Position numbers and translations under genes: made by a program
Source: Catajapyx aquilonaris
Lineage: Eukaryota
DNA: 59,301 nucleotides
Direction of reading: 5' to 3'
Assembly: GCA_000934665.2 (NCBI GenBank)
Contig: KZ538614.1
Coordinates: 1 to 59,301, forward strand
The notes under the pieces: model-generated
The model's database searches: none
The model's input: the letters and a program-made list of their open reading frames with translations, nothing else
What the model was told of the DNA's origin: nothing
Part shown: in pieces, positions 39,114 to 51,600 of the stretch
How the letters are laid out: every line of letters starts with the position of its first letter
Position numbering within the stretch: position 1 is the first letter of the stretch

Positions 39114-39647
39114 CAGGGTGGCCACGAAGTAAAGGGGCACATGTTTGATGAGCAATAAGTCAATAAGAAAATTTAATGAAAGCAAATAAAACTACAATAA
39201 AACATGTATAGAGTCAGGAAAACATAATGCATACCGAATTTCCAACCTTAGGTCAACTTGGGCACCGTTCAAGTAGATGCAAACTTGAAGTCGTACTTTG
39301 CCCTTCTCTCATGCTATTATGCTGATCACCAATAATAACTTGGTGGAGATGAGTCACTTCATGTTTTGAATGATTTGGCATGCTTGTGCACTAGATTTTT
39401 AAAAAATATCAAAATCGGCTGGTGTAAAGTAAGGGCAGAGTATGGCCCATTTCTCAAAGGAAGACTTCAAGCTTGCATCGACATGAATGATGCCCAAGTT
39501 GACCTAAGTTGACCCAAGTTGGAAAATCGGTATGCATTGTTTTCCTGACTCGATACATGTTTTCTTGTAGTTTTATTTGCTTTCATTAAATTTTCTTATT
39601 GACTTAATGCTCATCAAACATATGCCCCTTACTTTGTGGCCACCCTG
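39114..39647. mobile_element. Mariner-derived MITE with inverted arms of about 185 bp
   Basis: CAGGGTGGCCACGAAGTAA ... TTACTTTGTGGCCACCCTG; each arm carries a transposase C-terminal-like remnant (RLQACIDMNDAQV / RLQVCIYLNGAQV). Confidence 0.85.
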
Positions 39648-42379
39648 CTAGTTGATCAGTTGTGCTGCTTTCCAGGTTCTGAAGACAATAATATTTCTAT
39701 GGTGCATGAAAGTTACACATTATTTATTAATTTTTCCAATAAGAATTTCATTGCTACTGTGCCACAGGACATGTGGCACATGCCTTAATATAGTGTAGAT
39801 AATTTCTTTTAGTCAACGAGTCACCTGGTAGTCAGTTTCGGGAGGTTTCTTTGTGATGCAGAATTATGAGTCCCATGATCGAAGAACCAAAAGTGCTAGT
39901 CGTAAACGTGCATAATGCCTTGAGTTTTCGGATTGGCTGTTCACTCAAGTGGTGCAAAAAAAGATCTATTTAAAGCCCCGTTATTAAGCAATTAAGGTAA
40001 AATTTCATAGTGGTTCACATCACATGTGGTACGAAAGTGTTTTTGTGCAGATGAAAGTGAGACATTCCATGATAAAGGGACATGCAAGATTGTTGGAAAC
40101 AGTATTAATATAGCCTATGAAACGCAATGCAAAGATGTATTTTCGCATCATTTCATCTAAAGCTACGTGTCATTGGGAGAAAATGGGAATAATTTTGTAC
40201 CGTACCTGTTGTACAGGTACTGTGTGTGAATGTGGACATTTAAAAAAATAAAGTGAGCTAACTACATTTTGCTTCCTTATTTGCATGTTGCAGCGTGTTA
40301 TTGTACCAAAAAAAGAGTTTCCATTCCTTGCTTTACACCAAGGCTGAAGCTGATATCCAGAATAAGTATGTCTCATAAAGTGTTGGAGTGCCGTCAGTGG
40401 TTTGCCATTTATGCAAGCATAACATTGAGAAGTGTTCTGCAGGTATCAAAGGGGTCGGGCAAATACCACGTGACCGGTTTAAGGCCACTTTTTGAACCCC
40501 CCCNCCCCCCCTGCCCCCAAGTCTGCATATCTCTACGAAGATTGATGATGACTCCCAATAATAAAGCAGAGGTTTAATTTTATGGGTAAGTGAAGTATTA
40601 AGTGGTTTTGAAATTCTTAAAGTCAGATATTTTTAATGTTTCCTTTAATCATGAATAAAGAGTTTGCTCAATTTCCAAATAACATTATCATTATCATTTT
40701 AATAGAGGCAAAAATAAATTTTTGGCAGTAAAGAACACTCTAGTTTAAGAGTTCTCCCACTGAACTGTTACATCAGAGAAAGAGGTACCGGTAAATGAAA
40801 ATGATTACCTTCTTTGATTCGCAATTATACTATATAAATCACAGTTTAAAAAGCTCTAAAAGAAAAGAGTTCTTTGGGTTTAACAATCATCTGCTTCCAT
40901 GATTTCTGTCAAGGGTAATCCTTCTTCAACCCTGGGTGACATCCTGTACCACATATAAAATAAAACAAAAACCTGCATGTGCATTCTGTAAAAGCTCCCA
41001 TATGTGCCTATTCACCGTGTTCAGGGATCCGACGTAAATGGTTGTGGGGACCCCCCCCCCCGGACGAACCGTGGTATATCAGCAGACCCCCCTTGATAGT
41101 TTTGTAATCACTTATTTTGATGTTTTGCTGTGTCAGGTTGACATAGTGAGGCTACTAATTCATTGATAAAGACAACCATGATAAGTGTAATAATCAATGA
41201 TAAGTGTATAATCAATGGTCAGTTGTTTCAGAGCAAACTTGTGAAATTGTCTAGCATGGAGACCTAGGATATATAAAAAACAAAATACACTATAATTATT
41301 ACAATACTCCTTCAATTTTGCAGTCACTTTCCTCCTCGGAAGCCACTCCAGCATAAGATGAGGCTCATCAGATTCCTCTGCAAGTGCAGTAATGAAATAA
41401 TAAGCCTACAGGGCTTGTAATAAACACCCTTGCTCTCTTTCTAGAATGGTTGTCATTACATGACACTGCATGCCAGCCTTCATCCTTCAGGCGGGTAGAT
41501 TCATAAAGTTTTATATTAGCTCGTCCTGACGGTGTATGTGAAAATACCAGGTCCATGGTGTGCTGGTTGGGAATAAGTACAATCAAGAGTACAATTAAAT
41601 ATATATAGTAGTTGTAACACTTTTCGTGTTTGAAAGATAACTAGGTGAGTTTGTTTCGATTCAAGCGGGCAGACAGAGCAACTATAGATGTAAGTTTAAT
41701 TTAATCATGGAACAATGCCGTGGGGTCTTTTCGGACCCCAAGGAATTAAAATGCATTAAAATGATCATTACAATGAACTTTTGCCAAAAATTTTTACAGT
41801 ATATAACAGGAAGTGCATGTTTATTTTGAATTAGCGATCATTTTAGGCATTGTTCAAAGAATGATTGTACATAGCCAATACATTGAAAAGTATTATATAA
41901 AAATTAATAAAAATTAAAATATGGATGGGGAAAAGACCCCACGGCACGGTTGCCGTAACTTTCAGGCACGGCACGGTTCCAGGGTCAAAATTTTGTGTGT
42001 GTGATGTAAGTTATATCGTCACATCAGAGCCGACCCTGAAGATTGACAATATATCGAATTACGAACTCATTCACAAAAGCCAGCACGAACATTACGGTAT
42101 GTTACATCACACCAAGAAATGACATCACACACCATCATCATCTTCGTTGTGAAGGTTCGGTCAGATTGAATATAAGCTCATGCCGACAGTTCAGTCAGTC
42201 GATTGGTCCAGGCAGGGAGCCACTTCAAAATGAGCCACTAAAAATCGTGCTAATAACTGAGGCAAGGAAAGACAAACATGGCGTCCTTCTGCATGCCCAT
42301 TGACGTGACGCTACTCTTTTTATATGCAGATTGTTGGTACTGGGCCAAGTATCGCCACATCGATATATTCCTAGGATAA

Positions 42380-42387
42380 TATCGATA
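42380..42387. promoter_or_regulatory. DRE motif (TATCGATA) upstream of Esyt2
   Basis: Exact DRE palindrome about 310 bp upstream of ATG 42690; near-match CATCGATA at 42358. Confidence 0.5.
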
Positions 42388-42689
42388 TTAGTTTCAAGCA
42401 GACGGAAAAAGCTGTCAGCACTAAACATTGCCAATTTGACCCGATGTTCAAACACTCCTGTTGCACACTGCACGCACTGACTGGTCGCATGCTTATCACT
42501 TGCAGTTGCATCGCCAAAAATAGTGACTTGATACCAGACGATACGCATGCGTATGTGTTACACTTCATGACGATACTTGGCGGCCATGTTGGACTTGCAA
42601 TGAGGGCAGATCTATTTGTGGCACTGGATCAGCAGAAGTAGTCTCACCATACCGGTCCACCGTACCTTTGGCGACGACAGGGCCGTGTG

Positions 42690-45600
42690 ATGGCCGAAAA
42701 AGAGGCGCCAGAACCTCGTGGTCAGAGGCAGTACAAGACTACGGCTAACAACCTGTCGGATTGGGTATTGGACTTCGGGCGCAAGGGACTTGTCTGTAGC
42801 CTCTTGTACCTTCTGGGCTACCTTAACCATAGCACAGCATGGATCCTGATCATAATTTTTATGTGGGTTATGCGCGAGCAATGGAAGACCCAGAGGGAGT
42901 CCCGCAGCTCACGTTGGGGCAATATGGACGAGAAGGAACTTGTACTGGCAAGGGTGGAGGATTTGCCAGCTTGGGTGAGTTCAGACGAGTTGGATTTCCA
43001 TTTGTTCCGAGTTATTTGCTAATGGATGTGGATGGCGAAGGTATACTGACTAGGATGAATTGACTTCTGGGAGATACTTGGCTTAACAGCTTCATTTCTG
43101 ATGCAGGATATGCATCTTATTGCTTTCCGTAGTACCGTGTTCAAGGCAAAAGCCACGAGAGTTTTACAAACGAGTTCTCCAATTTTCATGTTCCAAGTAA
43201 CATAATGACAAGCATTTTCCTGTTGCAAGGACTAAAGTAGAAATGCAGAGAGGTAATGAAGAAGAGGGAAAATAACAATTTGGGGTGAATGCCCTTCATG
43301 AGTGACTTGTATTTGATTTTGCATCACATTGTAGGGAATATAATACACTACCATCTATGAGGACTCATACACATGACTTACAGGTTGGATTGGTTCTAGC
43401 TTGCATTCCACAAGGTCTCACATAATTCTTATACTCAGTTTTGACATACACTTTGCAGATAAATAGATGACATTCACAGTTCCTTGGGGGGAGATGTTGT
43501 TATAATGACATACATTATCTTACATGTGGCGATTCCATCACATGACCAGTGAATTCTTCACATCACAGCACATCCCCACCTGTTTTCACTATCATCCTTG
43601 ATCCCATCAAAGCTCAACCATCTACCAATTGTCTAGTCAAGTGTGTCATACATGTTACATCTACTGAAGTTATGTTTTAAGAGTAGTTTAGCATTTACAT
43701 CAACTGAATCACCAGAGTAATTAAGTCCAGCATGTGATTGCATAATGATTTATTTAATTTAGGCACTTGATGCATTCCTGGGGTTGGGGCAACAGAGAAA
43801 ATGTCAGTAGGAACATTCGAATGCATAATTTAAAGTACAGGAAGTCCCCAGTTTATGAACGACCCGACTTATGGCAATCTGTACTTACGAACAGGCTCCC
43901 AAGGCTCCCCAGAAGGATAATAATTATCCCTCCAATTTTAATCACTTCTGTGTACGTTAACCGTCACCAAGTTCAACATAAATACTGCATAAAAAATAAA
44001 CAATAGAGAAACTACATTTGTTTGCGCATGTAAGCAAACACACATGACGTAAGCGGTTTGTTGAAGCAGAATCTTTACTCTAATGTATATAGGGTAAACT
44101 GCATAGTGATGGCCAGTTTAGCGTATTGGTCTGAGTAATACACGAATATCCTCAGAATGTCTTTCTGCATAATTAAAAAAAAAATGTTTATCTAATAACG
44201 GAGGATTTGCCTGTTCACATTCCATCAAATTCATTGAAATCTGTCAGAATGTGTAGGTATATTTATATGCACAAAATATACTGCCTAAAAGACAGTGATG
44301 GCTCCCTGTACAAATAATAATGGCCAGGTGCCAAGATAGTGATGGTCATGGCAGCAAAACAATTGGATATCTACAGTAGGAACCTAAGGACAGTAGGGAC
44401 CATTGGCATTAGGACTGTAGGCCTAACTGACAAGAGATAAAGCCACACAAAAGCAAGCAGGCTGTAGAAACTGGCCGTCACTGTATGGTTTATCCTACAT
44501 GAGCAGCAGATCTGTTGTGAGGTGCCGTTCCTGCTCTTGCAATGACCTCTGTGGACAGATTTTTGACCTACTAAGCCAAGGGTCAGAGGTGTCACAACAT
44601 GATCACTTCTTCATGTTATGGCATTTACATGGCTTATTTCGTAAAGAACCAAGATGCAGTGGGCCATCACTGTATGGTTTAACCTATGTGCTGGTCCTAA
44701 GGAGTTTGAGTTATGTACAAATCTGACTTATGGACATTTTCAGGAACAGAACCCGTTTCATAGACAAGGAACTTCCTGTACAGTGCTATGGTTTTAAAGA
44801 AATAAAAATATACTGGCAATTAATTTCAGTAGCTAGAAAATGTTGAAGATAGAATATAAGGTGGGATAAAAGTGTTGCTGACATCAGTTTGCTGCAGCTC
44901 TAGGCATTGTTAAGCATGCTGAACGACTTCAAGAATTAATCCACCCTTTTCCATACTTGCCCATCCCCATTTAGTTATCATATGCTCTCTCCAGGACAGG
45001 AGGGTTGTGTTTCTGAATGAGACTTTTTGGCTGACTTGTCCATTCTCACAGGAATAGAAGTTAGGCCCTGCAATTTTTCGTTTTCAAGTGTTTTTGAATG
45101 TGATCCGATGAGTACTTCTCATGTTCATCCACTGAGAAACCCTATCAGGGAAAGGTGGTTGCAATGTTGTATTATTTAATAACATGGCTAGATAATTGAA
45201 GATGTCACTTGCCAAAGGGCCCAACTCCAAAAATTTTATAAAACCGTTTTGTTGTGGATTCTTACACTTGGAGTAGGGCCTCACAGCCCTGGTGAAATGA
45301 AAGGCCAATGTCAATCAGAAGTGCCTTATAATTGAATATGATTTGCAGTCCATTGCCTACTACTAGAGTTGGGCCCTTTGGCAACTGACTGGACATAAAT
45401 CAGATTGTGATTAATGTTAATAATAATTAACGTAGGATGGAAATAAAACTGGTCACACCTTTCTTTGTAGTACTACTTTATGAATATGATGTGTTCAGAT
45501 GGACAGGCATCGCTGTACCACTGAAATTTGCAACAGGAAATGTTGGTGTGGGCATTCACTTGCCAAAAATGGCCCAACTCCACTGATTTTGACCTTCAAT

Positions 45601-48600
45601 AGATTCTGACCTATTGCTTTCCAGTAGATGATGTCTATGCCACTAGGTGTGTATAATGGTCGACTATTAGCATCATAAACCGGGAAACTCTAAATGGAGC
45701 AATTACACATATATGCAGGTTTTAGTCTCTCGTGAAAAATGTCAACTTGTGGAGTTGGGTCCTTTGGCAAGGGACGTCTTCAATTACAAATGTTATTTTT
45801 CCTTAACTGGAACTGGGTCATAAACTACAAAATGAAATCTTCATTTGTGTAACCTGAAAGACAAGTTCAGTTTACATTTTGGCACAAGATTATTTGTCCC
45901 TTTTCGACATGTGCACTATACTTGAGAAAGATCGAGCCAAGTCCGTTACCAGAGGTGGTGCAGGTGTAAGTAGGGCAAAATCCTGTGTTTCTATGTTATG
46001 TTCTCACTGACGGCATGAATTCAGCAGTTTTTTTGTTGATCTACCAGTTGTACAAATGTGTAAACTGTTTCTTGATTTTTGCAACAATTTTTTTATTGAA
46101 TAATTTGCTTCCAAAGCTGCTCCATAGAGAATATTCACTAGGGTGCAGTTGTCACCTGGATAATCCTGTTTATTCATAATTTTAAAAAAAAATGGATACC
46201 CGATGATAGGCCTCCTTGGGCCTCTCAGGGGATCATCTTTTTGTGAACCGTCTTTAATCATTGCCTGTGCAGTGATGGATTTTGATTGTGGGAGGAAACG
46301 GGAGAACCTCGAGAAAACCCACGCAAACACAGAGAGAACACATCGAAACTCAATCCACATAAGTTTCCTCCGTCTCGCCTGTGGATCGAACTTGGGACCT
46401 CAGAGGTGGAAGGCTGTGGCGCTAACCGCTACGCCACAGTTTATTCATAATTATAATTACTTGATACAAGGTGTAGAAAAGGATGTGGGGCAATCTAACA
46501 CATATTTTTCTTCTTTTCAGGTGTTCTTTCCAGATGTGGAGAGGGTTGAATGGATAAACAAGGTATGACTGCAGGATATTTGAGTGATAAATGATCAACA
46601 ACTTCCTGCAAGCAATAGTCTCTTTCAGGAAGTTGTTGAATACATTATCAGAACTACTTCCACTAGTAATCTTGCTTGTGGTGCCAATGTATAAGGGTTA
46701 AGGATTTCCTGGATTTAGTTAGGTTAAACTTAGTTCTATGGTAGTTATGGGAGTATGGGAGGGAATGGTTCGAGTTGTGCTGCAGTTTCAGTGAGAAAAT
46801 GATATTTCTAATAATATTGTGTCCGCTGGGGTCTTGATGCCATTACTATGTGCAGGAAATCAGGAAACCTTTCATCCAAGTTCAAAGTTTTGACTGAATT
46901 AGTTTTAATGTTGATTTTGCACCATTTTGAAGTTTTTCACAAGGCCAGTAATGGGGTGGACACACAGAAAAAATGCATGCAGTTATTGTCAAATTCAGTA
47001 TGTGAATTGAACAGAAGCCATGCTAATGAAAACCAGTGAACCCTGAATAATTAATTTTCCAGTCATTTAGAGTATTGCATCTTGGAAGCAACATGTTTGT
47101 CCATACTTCTGTTATGTTCTAATTTGACTTTGATTCATCTTTCAGATCATACGGCAAGTGTGGCCAAATGTGAACAATTATGCCAAGAATCTTCTGGTTG
47201 ATGTGATTGAACCAAACCTGAAGGAAAATTTGAAGCCATACAAACTAGGGAGCTTCCGGTTTGAGAAAGTTTTGCTGGGAAGCATTGTATGTGACCACTG
47301 TTGCCTGCAGATGAATAGAATCAACTAATTATTCTCTTGGTGTTCTAGCCTCCTCGCGTCGGAGGCATAAAAGTGTATGACAGGAACGTATCAAGGGAAG
47401 AAATTGTGCTAGACCTAGACTTGTAGTAAGTGATATGTTCCTCATTTTGCTTGGGCACATTGTACCCTCCTTATTTCCTTTCCAGTTATGCTGGTGACTG
47501 TGACATTCGAGTTCGAGTAGGGGGCATTCCTGCAGGAATCAAGGACTTGCAAGTTCAGGGAATGGTTCGAGTTGTGTTGAAGCCATTGGTTACAGCCATG
47601 CCTTTTTTTGGAGGAATGCAGTTCTTCTTTTTGAACAATCCAAAGATTGATTTTAATCTTGTTGGGGTAGCTGATGTGTTCGACATGCCTGGTGTGAGGT
47701 TAGTCTTGTCAAGGTTGTTAAAGTATAGTAGCCCTTAAAGGATGTGCCACCCTGCCTGTTGGCAAGGAAAAAGTCATGGACCTGTTTAATTTAAACTGGA
47801 ATAGGGGTTTCCATGTTTCCCTTTGTTTTATGTGATTATTTAAGCCCACCTCTGGATGAGCCAGAAAGTTGAAAATTAGAACGCAGATAGCCTGGATGAT
47901 GATTCAAACCATAAAATATGTCAGAAATCATACAACCTCAAACTGGGGGTCGTCCTTGGTAGGAAGTTTGTATGCAATGCAGCAAAAGAATGATTCCCTT
48001 CTAGGAGAACATGAAAGGCTAATATTGGCACACTGGACACTGAAACTGAACTTATATCAGCCAGGTCCAACAACCTAATACATCTACTTTGGTGTCCCCT
48101 AGGAGCTCATGTAACAGTGAAGAATGATGCTTTTGGAACCATAAGAAATGTGTGTCCAACAGCAAGTGATGCATATCGAGTTTAATTTTTTTTTTACATA
48201 TAATTCAGAGTTTAAATGTATGAAAATTACAAATCAGTGCAAGAACTCATTATACACAGGGGGTTCATATGGCATATAAATATGCAGACAATCCTTTATC
48301 ATATACTTAACCCTTATAGGACGGCGTACCATATATGGTACAGCAACTTTAAAAAATTCTGCTGGCGAAACTAGCGTTTTCCCACTATGTAACATGGTTT
48401 CTGTGTGGCTTTTTTTATTTTCTCTCACGTAAAAAGTCGTGAATTTTGGACTAGAAAATCTTGCATAAATAAACCAGATTAACCGGATAAACTTTAATGA
48501 CAGCATCTTTTTGCAGTCGATGAAAAAAAAACTTCTCGCCGCCCCNNNNNNNNNAATAAAAAAAATAACAAAATAAAAAATAAAATTACAACCTTGGCCG

Positions 48601-51600
48601 GCAAATTGTGGCATACAGAGTTGCCCCCAAACCTCCTCAAGATATTCCACCCTAAAATTAGTGGAAAAGATAATTCAATAGTTTTAAAATAATTTTCATA
48701 AATGCGAATTAGCGGCTGGCGGGCCACTGCGCAACTCCCACCCGGCCTTCTCCAAGACTGAGGGGCGCATGCCCGGCAGGGCTTTTGAACAGCTGTGGAG
48801 TGAGGCAGGTTTCCACTCAGATGAGGGGTGTATGTTTGTCTCTGTAACTGGGATGCCTGTCCTGTGATGTATTATTCATGCATACTGGTCTGTTCAGCAG
48901 TGCCAGGGCGACATACACATATACTTCTTGTCAGCGCAGGAGTGACAAAAACTTGGAGAAAAACATACGTAGGCGTGACATGCACCCCTGCAGCATTTGT
49001 TGAGACTTTTAAGAATATAAATCTCCGCATGGTATGGCAAGAGGGTCCAGTAAATGGCCTCAAGATCAGGCCTAGACACTACACGATGTTACTAGATTAG
49101 TCACGTGTGGTCCCTCAAATGACAACGCAAGCGATTTTTTGCAGATTCTTGCAAAAACACGAAAAAACCGGCCGTCTAATTAGGGTTAACGTATACTGTA
49201 GTAGGCCCACACAACGTATAATATATTTCAGTAATACAGAAAAATAGCTGATTGGCACAATTCAATTAATCCAGCACTACCTTCCTATTAGAGCTAATTC
49301 CATTAACCCTAATTGGATGGGTGCCATTTTGTATTTTTTGTAATTTTTTTGGGAGCAGTCTGCTTTAAAAACCTGCTCTCCAGTTCCTATTGACTTGGAA
49401 TGGTTGAAACTGCAGTAAAAGTCCATGTCTCAGTTTATATAAAGGGTCACAGCTGGGTCATAGCTGAAAAAAAATTCTTTTACTGTGGGATGGGGAGTCA
49501 ATGCATTCCATTGTTCATCCTATTGAGGTTAAACTTCATTTGCCACTATTCAGTTCAACTCAAGTCAGTTTGCTATTCACTTAAATTACCATCCAGTCAG
49601 TTCCATTCCATTCAACTTCATGTCATTTCTTTTCCATTAATTACATGTCATTTCAATTTGACATTCCATTCAATTCATTTTGCCAAAGAATTGAGTGTAT
49701 TACATTTTATTATTTTTGTAATGAGAATTTTGTGATATTAATTCCTGTTATATATTATACTATGGACCTTTTTTTCTCTTTTTATATTAATATAAATATA
49801 TACCGTAATCTACCGTAACATACCGTAATGATGTAATTTTACTTGGTGTGTATCACTAGTACACATAGTCACAGACTAATTCTTAACCCTAATAAGACGG
49901 GTGGTTTTTCGCGTTTTTGCAAGTATCTGGAAAAAATTCGCTTTCTTTGGGACTTGGGGGACGAGACTTGACAACACTGGTGAATAAGATCATATAGTGT
50001 CCAGGCTTGATCCTGAGGCCATCTATGTGACCTTCCTCTCATGCATACGCAGTGGAAACTCTCAAATGCAAAACGAGGTGGCGCAGATGGGTCTGGTACG
50101 TAATACCGAAAGACATAATACAGACAGAATAAATTTCCGACAGCTTTATTACCGAAAATATACAAAGAACATATACCTTTCCACTTTTATCCCGTCCGTA
50201 TTTTATCTCGTCCGTATTTTTTCCGTAGGTATTAGACCCGGGACCGGGCGCAGATGGGTTTGTTTCGTGCCTACTCCCAATTTTTTGTCACTCTGCTTGA
50301 TTGACAAAAAATTATCGGTATGTAGCCTTGGCACTTCTGAACAAAGCCGTACATAAGCACATAGCATGAATTATGGCACAGCCCTGTCAAGCGAGCTGTG
50401 TTGATAAACACTCACGAGTATAAACATCCTTCAGCAACAGCTATTCAAAAGGCGCGGGGGACATGCTCCCTACAGCCACATGAAGGCCAGCGTTGAAGTG
50501 CGCAGACTCCCGGCAACTGGTAAATGACATTTACGAACATTATTTATTTATTTTATAACTATTGAATCATCTTTTGTACTAATTTTAGGGTGGAATCTCA
50601 TGAGGAGGTTTGGGGGCAACTATGTATGCCAAAAATTTGCCGGTCAAGGTCGGATTTTTTTATTTTTTAAAAGTTTTTTTTCAGCGGCTGCAAAAAGATG
50701 ATTTCATTCAAGTTAATTTGGTTAATCCGGTTTATTTATGCACGATTTTGTAGTCCAAAACTCGCGATTTTTTACGCGAGAGGAAATTTAAAAAGCCACA
50801 CAGAAACCACGTTACATAGTGGGAAAACGCTATAGTTTCGCCAGCAGAATTTTTTAAAGCCACTGTCACAGCATATGTGACGCCCATCTTATTAGGGTTA
50901 AAGCATTGTTCTCCACTGTTATATAAGCCCCTGGTGGCTAAGTAGTTGTATTTGATTCTAGGACACTAGTAACCAGCCCCCGCAACTCCCACGATACGGT
51001 AGTGTAATTAGAGAGTCCCTGCCAGCCTGGAATTTCCTGCCCACAGGCATCTCACGATTCAGGCGGACGCTTGAACCAGCCCAAACTTTCCTTTCCCCAC
51101 CAGCTCGGTCCGGAGGGCTTTCGCAGATCGCCAGTCAGCTACCCAAATTGTAAGATGCCTGTGGGGCTGCGCCAGCGCCAAATTCCAGGCTGGCAGGGAC
51201 TTTTAAATTATACTACCATCACCATAGGGCTCAGTTGGGAGTNNNNNNNNNNNNNNNNNNNNNNNNNNNNNNNNGGGGGGGGGCTGCTAGTAGCGGACCC
51301 ATTGCCAAATTTTGGCAACACTGCTTGGCCCACTCCCCAACTTGACTTAGTACAATAGGCCACTGCCAGTTGGAGCATAGGCTCTCCCTCTGCACCATGC
51401 TACACCATTTCTACCATGGGCTGTCCCAGTTCAAAATTGTGTGATTTTGGGCATTTATGGTGAGATTAATGTCTAGGCTACCAGGGTGCTAATTTTTCTA
51501 CTTGGTGGCTCATTTAGAAGTGTATTTAAATAATTATGTAACATATGGTAACACATGAAAACATCTATTCCAGTTGGAATTTATCAGACCTGTGACATCA

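Noticed and set aside
51243..51283. Poly-G/C tracts with Ns (also 7971, 18276, 40497, 48542)
   Set aside because: Homopolymer-associated assembly gaps; the lengths are unreliable.
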